Positions 52,816-64,000 of a stretch of 64,000 bases of DNA are shown one piece after another (the stretch's first letter is position 1; the number at the start of each line of letters is the position of its first letter). Source of the DNA: Octopus sinensis (Eukaryota); assembly GCF_006345805.1 (NCBI RefSeq), contig NC_043002.1, positions 99,324,001 to 99,388,000 of the forward strand. The letters run 5' to 3'. Below the pieces are notes generated by a model. It was not told where the DNA came from. It saw only the letters and a list, made by a program, of their open reading frames with translations, and ran no database searches. The position numbers were made by a program, and so were the translations under genes.

Positions 52816-53480
52816 AAAGTAATAAAGCGTAAAATCCATTAACTAACTAGTAATTAATAATTCAACCAAGTAGTATTCGGCATTTTAAAAGGACCATTTT
52901 TCGGTAAACTTAAGCAATATTCTATAATTATAAGTATAGTTATAATTAGCGTTCAGCAAAAATTTGCTTGACCAAATACCGAACTTTAGAGATAGCAGCC
53001 AAAGAACCTTAGCTATTTCTTCTACTATAACAAATTCTCAAAACAACCCACGTAGACAGAGAAGAAAAACAACGAAATTCACTCGGTATTTGATTACCTG
53101 TGGACGCGTTTCGGAATTAGATCTGAATTAGATCTGAATTGCCTAGGTGTTGTTCTAAATAACAATAGTGCTAAAGTTAGGAAGGAGAAGGAAGGAGACA
53201 AAGAAGAAGAAAGAGAAGCAAGAATAAGAAGGAATGTAGGTAGTGTGAAAGTAGTAATGTGTTAAATGTTCAAATGACTTAAAATTGACGCGTTATGGAT
53301 TATAGCAGTGATTGGGACTGCTTTTTAATGAATTCTTGGGAAAGTCTTGAGTGTATCATTTTTAATATTTGCGTGTGTATTTGTGTTATTCTAAGGCCGT
53401 TGTAGATATGTCGTTTGTCGTAGATGCGTTCAAAAGGGGTTTGTCTTTTGTAATAAAGAGAGTCTCTTTACTAATTCGTA
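52810..53480 (-). mobile_element. Penelope-like element 3' fragment
   Basis: 53386-53475(-) reads [29 protein letters not shown], matching the GIY-YIG C-terminal E.L.I....P.LN motif. A pyrimidine-rich UTR and an HHR 3' half (GAAACGCGUC at 53103-53112) follow. Confidence 0.6.
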
Positions 53481-53507
53481 TATATACACACATACATACA
53501 TACATCC

Positions 53508-53568
<61 letters not shown>

Positions 53569-54601
53569 ATATGTGTATATATATATGTATATATATATAT
53601 ATATTATATATGTATGTATATATATATTATATATGTATATATATGTATATATATATGTATATATATATATGTATGTATATATATATATATATTCTTTTAT
53701 TCTTTTATCCTTTTACTTGTTTCAGTCATTTGACTGCGGCCATGCTGGGGCACCAACTTTATTCGAACAAATCAACCCTAGGACTTATTATTTGCAAGCC
53801 TAATACTTATTCTATCGATATCTGATATGTGTGTGTGTTTGTGTGTGTATATGTGTATTTTGATGTGTGAATCACAAGCGATTTATGTAAACTCACATGT
53901 AGATCAAGGCTCACTATGAGATTGAGTATGGAGGAAAATGTCTCTTATATACTCATTACCTTTCAAGCAGAACATACTCTAAATGACGTCAGTGGTTTGT
54001 AAGATACCTTTGCTTCAGTTTCATTTAGCCTCTTTAAAGACAGGCAAAAGTATAGCTCCGCTGTCTATTAAATTCTATATCTATCCATCGAACTACCCGT
54101 CTATCTGTCTGTCTATATGTCTCTCTTTGTGTCTGTGTGATGTCTGTCTAGCTATCTATCTCTATACACAGCCTGGCACAACATTCACACACACACACAT
54201 ATCTGAACGAAATTCCACGCCTTAGGTAATAGCCAGCCTCAGATGATGGGCGAAATGTCTTGTAACAAAGTTTTTATTGCTTCTGTGTAATATTGTTCAA
54301 TATGTCAAACAATGGCCCCTAAAATATAGAGGACAATTTACGCTGTTTGAAATATTTGTTTCACTGAAGTTCCGCATGAAATACGCCATGTTTGAAAAGC
54401 AAATATTTCCTACAGGCGAGAAGCACTGCAAAACAAAGATGCAGTACATAGCAGTGCGACAGCAGTCTACAACACTAGTCGGCAGACTGAGGCAAGAGGG
54501 TCGCATCAAGTGGCTTCTAGTGGCCAAAGCCTCAACTACAAAGGGCTTATCACGCAGAGATCATTTCCAGTTACTTTTCGGTAGCTCCTTGTATATATAT
54601 A

Positions 54602-54700
<99 letters not shown>

Positions 54701-54838
54701 TATATATATTATATATATATATATATATACATACATATGCATATATAGGTATAGGACGTCACCAACTGTAAACAACATGAAATGCGAAAACAAATGAGTT
54801 CAATACGCAAACATCGAGAGAAATAAATGTTTTCCATT

Positions 54839-54885
<47 letters not shown>

Positions 54886-54888
<3 letters not shown>

Positions 54889-55644
54889 GGTGCGTAAGAC
54901 ATTTAAGGACAGATTTATGCTCATAAAATCCCCAGATATATAATAACTGATAATAACTTTATTTATCAAAAACTGCTAATATGATAAAAATAAACATTCA
55001 TTTCTAAAATGTTATTTCATAAATCCACCTTCAGCTTCAAGAGCTGCTTCTATATGTGACCTAAATTATTTACATGCTCAAACCAAGTGGTCCTGGTTAG
55101 TTTTCGACGTTACTCTGACTAGTGCAGCTTTCAAAGAATCTTTTGTGTTATGGGCGAGTTGATTGGCCTCTCTCTCTCAACAACGCTCCTCATATAATAG
55201 TCCAATGGATTTAGATCTGGGAAATTAGGAAATTAGGGGTTATGTGATCATGAAATTTTTCTGCCATCCATTCCTGTGTTACTAGAGCCAGGTGTGATAG
55301 TGCAGAGTCTTACTGAAAACCATATGGCCTTCCATTTCATACACTGTCTATCCATGGCTTAACAATTGCTTCTAGGACCTCAATGTAGGCGGCATATTTA
55401 ACTCTAAGGCCTTGTGGAAAGACTTAAGGAGACATCTCATGTTCGTCGTTGCTGACAACTCCTAAATCCATGACAGTTGCAAGGAATTTTGTATGCTTAG
55501 TCTTAGCAATCGCGTTGTAATCATTCTGACGGGTTGCACCGGGTTCGCTTTCCTGGATTATGTATTATCAGAAGTGTAGATATCAAACAATTATTCTCTA
55601 AAATTGAATGTAAACTTTTTTAAGCTACTAGATTCCGTATCCTG
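54886..55644 (-). mobile_element. Decayed Tc1/mariner-superfamily element at the edge of a (TA)n tract
   Basis: Degenerate TIRs cagggtgcg / cgtatcctg with TA flanks. Minus frames give VKPWIDSV, FQ*DSA.SH, PDLNPLDYY and ACK*FRSHIEAALEAEGG. Confidence 0.8.
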
Positions 55645-55678
55645 TATAGTTGTTTCACTATAGATAAATAAACATATG

Positions 55679-55710
<32 letters not shown>

Positions 55711-55719
55711 ATATTATTA

Positions 55720-55758
<39 letters not shown>

Positions 55759-55927
55759 TTCCCTAAAAAGGAGAATTACAATTGTCACTAGATATGACTA
55801 GGGTGTTCGAAAATAAAATGCTAGAGATTAAAGCTAAAATGCTATAATGATGTAGTGAAAGAGCATAAATGTAACTATATACACTAACAGGGACCTTAAT
55901 CTTCCGAAAAATACCCAAAGAGTATTC

Positions 55928-55974
55928 TTAGAACTGACGTCAGTTTCGGTAATTTCCTTTGCCTCATCAGTTAA
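55928..55974 (-). ncRNA. Type-I hammerhead ribozyme motif, intact core, weakened stems
   Basis: UUAA-CUGAUGA-GGCAA-AGGAAA-UUACC-GAAA-CUG-ACGU-CAG-UU/CUAA, with a perfect 14-nt palindrome AACUGACGUCAGUU; one mismatch each in stems I and II. Confidence 0.62.
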
Positions 55975-56649
55975 CACTGGCTCGAAAGTCTGGCGATATG
56001 TATATACGTACGTGTGTGCGCTCGTTTGTGTGTGTATGTGTGTGTATGTGTGTGAGCGTGTGCATGTGTGTGTGTGTGTGCATGATGCTGGAAGTGAAAC
56101 ACTTAATCTTAGTAGGCTATGTGAATTGAACAATTAAGCGTATTTCCAATTTATAATATGTATATTAGAACGCATACAAACGTGAATAGGAACTAACTTT
56201 TGTTAAGAATTGTATCAACTTTTCTTCTTTACTACCGAAACTTCTTTAACATTTCTAAAGAAACAGAAACAAATGTGCTTGTTTTTTGTAGCTGCATTAT
56301 ATTTAATCATATGTTCTTGCTGCGTAGCAAAAATAATAAAGTATATTCTTTCTCAACGTATAAGATGAACAAATGCCTGACTGTTGAGCAACAAGACAGT
56401 CTAACCGGATTTACATGAAGTGTTCTTTAAATCATTCATAATATCTTTAAAAAAATAATTATAGAAGGATACACATAAGGTACTGTCTACACAGATATAT
56501 TATGGCGCATTACAAAACAGCAATTCTCTGATTGGTGAGTTGCAGGATCATATTAAATTATAAACAGCGGGTGTCAGAAAGAAAAGTATATATAACAATA
56601 TATGTATTTTATGAGACTAATTGCACTGCTAAAGATATATCAGGGTTTG

Positions 56650-56689
<40 letters not shown>

Positions 56690-57642
56690 TGTGTGGGTGT
56701 ATATATATATATATAAATATATATGAGCTTTATTCGAATATATTCAGTAAGCAGCGTAAAAGGAGAGGGTCTTGTTTAATTTTCTTGCCAATTTTTATCT
56801 ACATGATCTTCCTTCTGTCGTTATTTTTCTTAAGATTAGTGCTGCTGGACATATTTATAATCAAAGACGTTCCAATCCTGATATACTTGCGAAGATTTGA
56901 TAATACATTCTTTTTTTCTACTTTCTTCGTAATATCCTTCGAATATTTCTTTTTTTTATCTTGTGAATTAATAAAACGAAAAGCATGTTTAAAATCATGT
57001 ATTTGCATACTAGAAACTAATATTAATTATAGTTTAAAGGTCATAGTAAAATTATTAAATGGGATAAATACTACCTAAACTATTCTGTGATAGTACTCCT
57101 ACATATTTGTATGTGGTAATGCAAACAAAATGGACTGTATGCCTCGAAACAAGAAAGAGACAGATAGAAAGTCTGAACAAAAGAAGTCATGTAAAAAACA
57201 AAGACGTTACGGGGCCGAGATAAGCGTGACTGAGGTTAAAAAGGAGAGATGTAGATGGCCACGTGCCACGTAGTACTGAGAGAAGAGGGAGAGAATGATG
57301 GATGGCCGTGGGACAGGAGCAAGACAGAGGAAAGCGTGGAGAGGGAAAAAGAGAGTGAGAGTGGAAGGCAAAGGAGAGACAAAGAAAGAGAAAAGGGGCA
57401 GAAATAGGCGTAGCAGTAATAATACTCTACTGAATAGTCTACTGATTGAGTAAAAAGTAATAAGAATAAAATGCCTGTCTTTATATTAATGTTTCAAAAA
57501 TTCATCAGAAGCGCAATAAACGCAGACGTAGCAAATTCTTCCTCTGTTATCGTCCAAAACACCATAAACGTTTCTTGCCTGCTGCCACCAGTGTTGAGAG
57601 GCCGCTGGAATTATCTAATATATATATATATATATATATATA

Positions 57643-58061
57643 TCTTTTACTCTTTTACTCTTTTACTTGTTTCAGTCATTTGACTGCGGCCATGCTGGAG
57701 CACCGCCTTTAGTCGAGCAAATCGACCCCGGGACTTATTCTTTGTAAGCCCAGTACTCATTCTATCGGTCTCTTTTGCCGAACCGCTACGTGACGGGGAC
57801 GTAAACACACCAGCATCGGTTGTCAAGCAATGCTAGGGGGACAAACACAAACACATACACACACATATATATATATCTATATATATATGCATATATACGA
57901 CAGGCTTCTTTCAGTTTCCTTCTACCAAATCCACTCACAAGGCACTGGTCGGCCCGGGGCTATAGCAGAAGACACTTGCCGAAGATGCCACGCAGTGGGA
58001 CTGAACCCGGAACCATGTGGTTTGTAAACAAGCTACTTACCACACAGCCACTCCTGCGCCT
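57643..58061 (-). mobile_element. Composite SINE (~420 bp): tRNA/CORE-like head, microsatellite, Nin-like domain, (AAAAGAGT)n tail
   Basis: Complete copy. Partial copies of its 3' half (ttttacttgtttcagtcatttgactgcggccatgctgg...) lie at ~10243-10440, 21615-21820, 35270-35490, 43970-44130 and 53695-53820, and inverted at ~24470-24700, 28390-28560 and 42420-42590. Confidence 0.8.
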
Positions 58062-58075
58062 ATAAATATATATAT

Positions 58076-58118
<43 letters not shown>

Positions 58119-58232
58119 ATATGTATATATATAGTAAATCCCCCCAAAACAAAGAACAAACATAAAAACAATAACGTGAGGACGTGGTGCACATAAATTA
58201 TTAGCAGACCCCAGGGAACGAAAGAGAGGTGC

Positions 58233-58265
58233 TTTTACATTTCGAGCAAAGTTCTCCTTCAGAAA
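58233..58265 (-). ncRNA. Degenerate hammerhead motif in a TA-flanked short repeat (58130-58350)
   Basis: UUU-CUGAAGG-AGAAC-UUU-GCUC-GAAA-U-G-UA/AAA, with an A9G change and a stem II mismatch. Confidence 0.45.
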
Positions 58266-59266
58266 CAGGAGACAGAGGAAAGTCCAATAGAAAAGGAAGA
58301 CGGAGGGGGAAAATCGCCAGCGATTCACATGTGGTTACATTTTGAAATGTATATATATATATATATATACACTTATATACTGACATCGTATTGTTCTCTT
58401 TTGCCCCATACTCTTTTTATTATTTACCTTCCTAACGCCCATTTATTAAACGTAGGAGGGCCACTTTGAATATCAAAATGATAGACGCTTTTTAAGATGG
58501 AGAGTAATCCTAAATTCTATGCTGCACAGTGAAGTTAAATAATTTAATGTACCTTATTTAATGACTAATGTTACTCATGTCCACTGGTGTATTGTTTATT
58601 ATTTATGAATATTTCAGTTACGTATTATCTCAATATAATTCTAGTGTGGTATATATTATAATATCTACTTAATGTGATATAAATGTGAAATTTCTTTGAT
58701 GTGTTACTTATGTACATAATATTTTTAATTGAATTAAACGTGCATAAAAAAATAAATGAAATTTCTGTTTACACTTGTTAAATTACAATTTCTAAAGATT
58801 ACATTATATGAAATATCATACTTACGTATTGAAAGGGCTAGCGTGTTTCAGATGAAGATCAGTAACATGTTTACGTTGAACATTAAATGTGCAATTTCTC
58901 CAGTATCTTCTTCAAAATAAAATATAATTTCATGAAGATTTTCAATTAAGGTTACATATTCGAAATAAAAATTTGTAAACATGTTCTCTATTATATAAAC
59001 ATGCAATCCACGTATGTCTTAGTCAGACTGGGTGGCGAACGGAAGAAATATGCAAATGTTTAAAAAGTTTGCTTTGCAATCACGAGATCAAAGTTTAGGT
59101 TCTACTTTGTAGTATTTTACAGAAAGGTCATTTTCTTGAGTCGACTCATACTTAGTGACTAAAGCTGTATAGTTGAAAAACATTTGGCAGATCGGCAGGG
59201 AGAATTGTACTTGTAACTGAAAAGATAAAGGACAGACTCTGATACGCTGACTCGATTTAAGAGTTA

Positions 59267-59828
59267 TTGGGTTGTCCGGAAAGTTCATGCCGATTTATAA
59301 TAGCTTATCTTTCGAGTTATTTTAGCACATGGTTGAGTCTATAAAATAGGATTTGACTACATCTCCATTAAGAGGATAGTTTAAGCTATCTTTTCGTGGA
59401 AGAAGGTTTATGTTCCTATAACCTGTGTTAATTCTGTAACCCTTTAAAATGGAAGAAAGTTCATTTTCGGCACTTCATGCTTTGGGAACCAGACGAAAAT
59501 TGCTGTAGCTCGGCTGGGATGTGTTACCCCCAACCCCCATATTCACCAGATATTGCTCCTTCGGATTTCCACTTATTCAGGTCGCTGCAAAATAAACTTA
59601 ATGGTAAAAATTTCAATATCTTGGATGACATAAAAAGATACCTTGATGAATTATTTGCCATGAAACCACCTCAGTTCTGGGAAGAGGGTATTTTCAAGCT
59701 AAAGGAAAGATGGAGATGCATTGTGTAACAAAATGGTTCATATTTGGTTGATTAAAAATGTAATGGCAAGTGTTTATTGACCTTTTTCGTTCCTTTAAAA
59801 ATCGGCACGAACTTTCCGAACGACCCAA
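59267..59828 (+). mobile_element. Internally deleted mariner (562 bp)
   Basis: TIRs ttgggttgtccggaaagttcatgccgattt / aaatcggcacgaactttccgaacgacccaa with TA duplication. The first codons are fused to the C-terminus PPYSPDIAPSDFHLFRSLQN...KLKERWRCIV. Confidence 0.93.
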
Positions 59829-60684
59829 TATGTTAAGTGTACATGTATTGTGAAACGCTCAGCCAACGTTTATTTAGTTGCTGCTGATTCAGTTGATCAG
59901 ACAACTAGCTCCTCAACGGAGATCTCACAGTGGTCATTATTTTACTACACAATATGACTATAGCACTTGAACTGCAACGCCAACATAAATTAAGTCTAAG
60001 TGTTGTGTTATTCCATTTTATAATATAATCAATAGTTATAGCATGTTATCTTCAGACAAGATGTGACAATTTATCATCTGAAACGTTGTATATGAACGAA
60101 AATAGCATGTTTAGATCAGTGAAAGTTAATTTGACGACAGACAAAACCTTATTCAATTATACATAGCAGTATTATGTGCAGTATATTCTCTAGATTGCAA
60201 TACGTTTCGCTTTTACAGATCTCGCTCAATATAACAATGGTGCATGTATTTCCGTAAGAACCATTGTAAACTCTATTAAATTGGAAAGAACAGTAGGAAA
60301 TCCCCATAATGAAAATAAGGTTCGCCTGGAGCTCGTTGAACAATAAATCATAGTAAGGATTCCATTTGGATTCATAGAGTGAAAATTTCGTTTGTTTCAA
60401 GAACATTCTCGAAAAGCAAAATTAGAAGGTAATGAAGATATTTTGTATTTCAACTTGCGATCCACACGACATTCCAGGTGGACGCTATACTTTGCGGACA
60501 ATGTGGAATTATTATGATTTTAGGGAAGGGCGTTTAAGAATGCAGTGTTTTCAGTCATATTCAAAAGCCATTAAGAACAGAAATAATAAGATATGGTTTA
60601 TAACATGATCCATTTACAACATGTTAAATAAGCAAAACCATATTATACGCTCTATATAGTTATGTCTGCATATATATAAACACA

Positions 60685-60780
<96 letters not shown>

Positions 60781-61568
60781 TTTAGAGAGAGAGAGACTCG
60801 CAGCTGCTTGCAGTACTAAAGGTCAATATTAATGGCCTGGATGCTCATGGCATTCAGGTTTTCATTTCTGCCGGTCACATAGCTAAAAGGTATGGGTATT
60901 CTCCATTTAAAGTTTTGTGAACACTGAATCCTACATCCCATATCATAATAATAGAGACCACAAATAATCCAAAACTCTAAACTCTCAAATCGGCGTTAAG
61001 TCATTATAATCATTCATTTTAATATTCACATATCCGCTTGATAGTAACTCTCCCCACTACACCGAAAGCAGAATGTCACCCTAATACGCAATCTGCAGTA
61101 GAAAAATGAACTTTGCTAAGGATTCCATTGTGCCTTTATATAACTTATCAAGAAATATTTCATCAAACCGTCACTTCTGTTCAAAACAGCACTGTTCGAT
61201 TTAGAAAAAGTAAGTCATTCTTTAAGGTAGTTTTATATAATTTATGCTTAGAAACAAAGACAGGAGTATTATGCCTAAAATGATGTTGATGTTAGGTCTT
61301 CATAATCAAAAGCTGACTTGGATGGAATCAGCTACGTTATCGAGATTATGAAAAAATATATTTCTGTATGTTGTAAAAAATAATCAATTTGTCTAGACGG
61401 ATTTCCTGGTTTTATTAGTAAAAATTTATGTTTATTTATTTACTGTAGAAATATAAAATTAAAATTCTTCTGTACATAGTCCTGCGGACTTGAAAAAAAC
61501 ATACACAGAAGCAAGTACACATATATAGACGAACAAATATGATCCATCTGAAACAAGTAAAAAATAAA

Positions 61569-61612
<44 letters not shown>

Positions 61613-61621
61613 GCATATATA

Positions 61622-61672
<51 letters not shown>

Positions 61673-61741
61673 TATTGATATATATGAATATATATATATG
61701 TATACAAACACATATATATATATATATGTATATATATATAT

Positions 61742-61774
<33 letters not shown>

Positions 61775-62227
61775 AAATACACGCACATATATATATACAG
61801 AGAAAGAGAGAGAGAGAGGATTATTGTAGTTCGCATGAAGCATTGTGTATTGTTTGTAAAATTTAATGTATCTTCAATGGCACTAAAATGTACCATAATA
61901 ACAACTATGTCTGATATAATATTTCGAAATATAAAAATTCCTTCTCCAGATATTCCTAGGAATTGATTGAGTCACTGCTATTATCGATTTTCCAACGGTT
62001 TTTTTTTCCGGAAGCGTCTCTGCAGTGGTCTTATATTCTCACATATGTACATACATGTAGGTGTGTATGTGTGTGTGTGTGTTAATGTATATATGTATGC
62101 AAGGTATGTATAAATGCGTATACAGGAGCGATAATACATACAGATACACGTATATATGGGTGTGCATGTGTACATATACACATGAGGACGTGTTGTATAT
62201 GTAGATATTTATATGTATACACATCTG

Positions 62228-62280
<53 letters not shown>

Positions 62281-62352
62281 ATATATATGTATATATATTA
62301 AGTATAGGAAAGAATGGAGCTGAACGAAGATTTAATAAAATTCCTTTATTTT

Positions 62353-62438
62353 ATTTTCGACATATGTTTCGAAGTCTGCAAAATCCCTAATTCCGAATGA
62401 ATAAGGAGTCCATTATGCAGCTTTCTCTTCAGGAAAAT
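62353..62438 (-). ncRNA. Type-I hammerhead ribozyme motif, intact core, extended stem II
   Basis: AUUUUC-CUGAAGA-GAAAGCUGC-(37 nt)-GCAGACUUC-GAAA-C-AUAU-G-UC/GAAAAU. Stem I is 6 bp, ACAUAUGU is palindromic and the triplet is GUC; it sits in a TA-flanked ~210-bp unit. Confidence 0.78.
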
Positions 62439-62505
62439 CCAGGAACTTATTTAGCCAACAAAATGCACAACAAGATAAGATAATTCATTTGTCTACTTAA
62501 ATACC

Positions 62506-62537
<32 letters not shown>

Positions 62538-62559
62538 ATAATATATATATATATATACA

Positions 62560-63340
62560 TGTCTAATATATACATATGTATACATCTTCACATGTATATT
62601 TTCTTCTCCTACAAAGCACTGACCTGTCCAACCACCTAATCTATATTCCCCAATTCTTCATTCCATACTACTACCCCTCTCTGTGTCCCATCACTTAGAT
62701 TCTATTTTACTTTTTATACCTCTCTCTCTCATTCCGTCTATCTTTTTACACTCTAATACCTTTCTCTATCATCCACATCTCCCCATTCCTACTTTCAAAT
62801 TACCTTGACTAATCACTAACTGGTACACTTTCCCTTATTATATCTCTCCTTGTTTTTCTTTTTTCTTTCGTTTCTTTATTCCTCTCTTCATGTTTTCTTC
62901 TGTTTTTCTTTTTTCTCTTTTCTTTATTCCTCCCTTCCTGTTTTCAATGTAACCTTACAAATACATACCCTACTTTTATGTCACTTTAAATAAAACCCTT
63001 GATTCAGTAGCACTGTACACAATCTCTATACTTAGAATGAAAAATTTTAGATACTATTGGATTTTACTCTCAATGTATTGGAATCATATATGTATACCAT
63101 ATTGCCTACTTAATGGATCTACAAATACAATATCCCTACATACCTCACATCTATCTCCATTCTTCCATTGACTCTCTATTTCGTATCTTATCTAAATTAA
63201 CTATTGCTTAAACATATTCTCACACCCTCTTCGATGAAGGGATATAATAAATATCCTGGAAACAGCTGTAAGACCTTTATAATTGTCCTAAAATCCTCAC
63301 AGCCTTGGTTTTTTTTATCTCATTCTGAAAACAAATTATA
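62560..63340 (+). mobile_element. Penelope-like 3' UTR/pLTR remnant
   Basis: A long pyrimidine-rich tract followed by an HHR motif, bounded by (TA)n on both sides; same layout as 52810-53480. Confidence 0.5.
63228..63273 (+). ncRNA. Degenerate hammerhead motif
   Basis: UCU-UCGAUGA-AGGGAUAU-AAUAA-AUAUCCUG-GAAA-C-AGCU-G-UA/AGA; palindrome ACAGCUGU is kept but the core CU reads UC. Confidence 0.55.
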
Positions 63341-63347
63341 TATATGC

Positions 63348-63415
<68 letters not shown>

Positions 63416-63421
63416 TATATA

Positions 63422-63544
63422 CAGGTTGTCCACAAAGTCTGGGTAGATGGCGATTAACACATACTTTAAGAAACTATTATTTCTTATATATAATTCTTAA
63501 TGTAATGATTTTATTTACTCCGTGTAGCCAGACTTTGTGGACAC

Positions 63545-63548
<4 letters not shown>
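63422..63548. mobile_element. 127-bp Tc1/mariner-type MITE inserted in (TA)n
   Basis: TIRs caggttgtccacaaagtctgg / ccagactttgtggacactctg with TA on both sides. Confidence 0.88.
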
Positions 63549-63583
<35 letters not shown>

Positions 63584-64000
63584 TCGTTTATTTGTATGTA
63601 TATATACATATATATTAGGCCAGAAGTGTGTATACTACATCAATGTTTGCTTGTCAAATCTGCTAAAGACAGTTAGTGATATATCAAACTATGTCATGCA
63701 GTCTTCGAAAGTGAAAGTTACGTTGACATTATAGTGCGCTCTAGCTAAATTGTACAGATTGTTAATAAAAATATACTAATAAAGTATATATTATCTGATT
63801 TCAATAAGGAATTTTCTGTTTGTTTAAATGTTATTTCTTTGCAAATGATAGGAAAGACTCTAGTAGAATCAGAATACATTTAATATAAGATATATTGATT
63901 GATGTCGGATGCTGAACTATGATATTCGTTTATAATTTACCATGTAATATATTTATTTTGTTATTGGCGTCAGGAATCCATTCACCATTATAGAACCGTT

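Noticed and set aside
60050-60092. AGAUG...CAUCU-GAAACGUU hammerhead-like 3' half
   Set aside because: The 5' core reads CAGACAA (two changes) and stem I does not pair; too weak to call.

Overview
AT-rich, microsatellite-saturated animal genomic DNA whose repeat content points to an octopus (coleoid cephalopod); the species is my inference. No long, identifiable protein-coding gene is present. Most track ORFs are microsatellite or SINE translations, and the only recognisable peptides are decayed Tc1/mariner transposases, two CR1/L2-type LINE C-termini and a Penelope-type GIY-YIG C-terminus. A few small candidate exons on both strands could not be assigned to a gene. The window holds many tRNA-derived SINEs, five non-autonomous Helitrons, five Tc1/mariner elements, two Merlin-like MITEs with 8-bp TSDs and internal TTAGGG repeats, and several long inverted repeats. 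The main discovery is a dense set of minimal type-I hammerhead ribozyme (HHR) motifs from several unrelated short repeat families. Five have an intact catalytic core: 478-523 (-), 2943-2985 (+), 47281-47326 (+), 55928-55974 (-) and 62353-62438 (-). About six more are degenerate. All intact motifs have the self-complementary stem III region typical of dimer-cleaving Penelope-type HHRs. One family couples a tRNA-derived Pol III head to an HHR tail, as a head-to-head pair at 46808-47378. Another forms a near-perfect 326-bp palindrome at 2750-3075. Ribozyme activity is predicted from sequence only.
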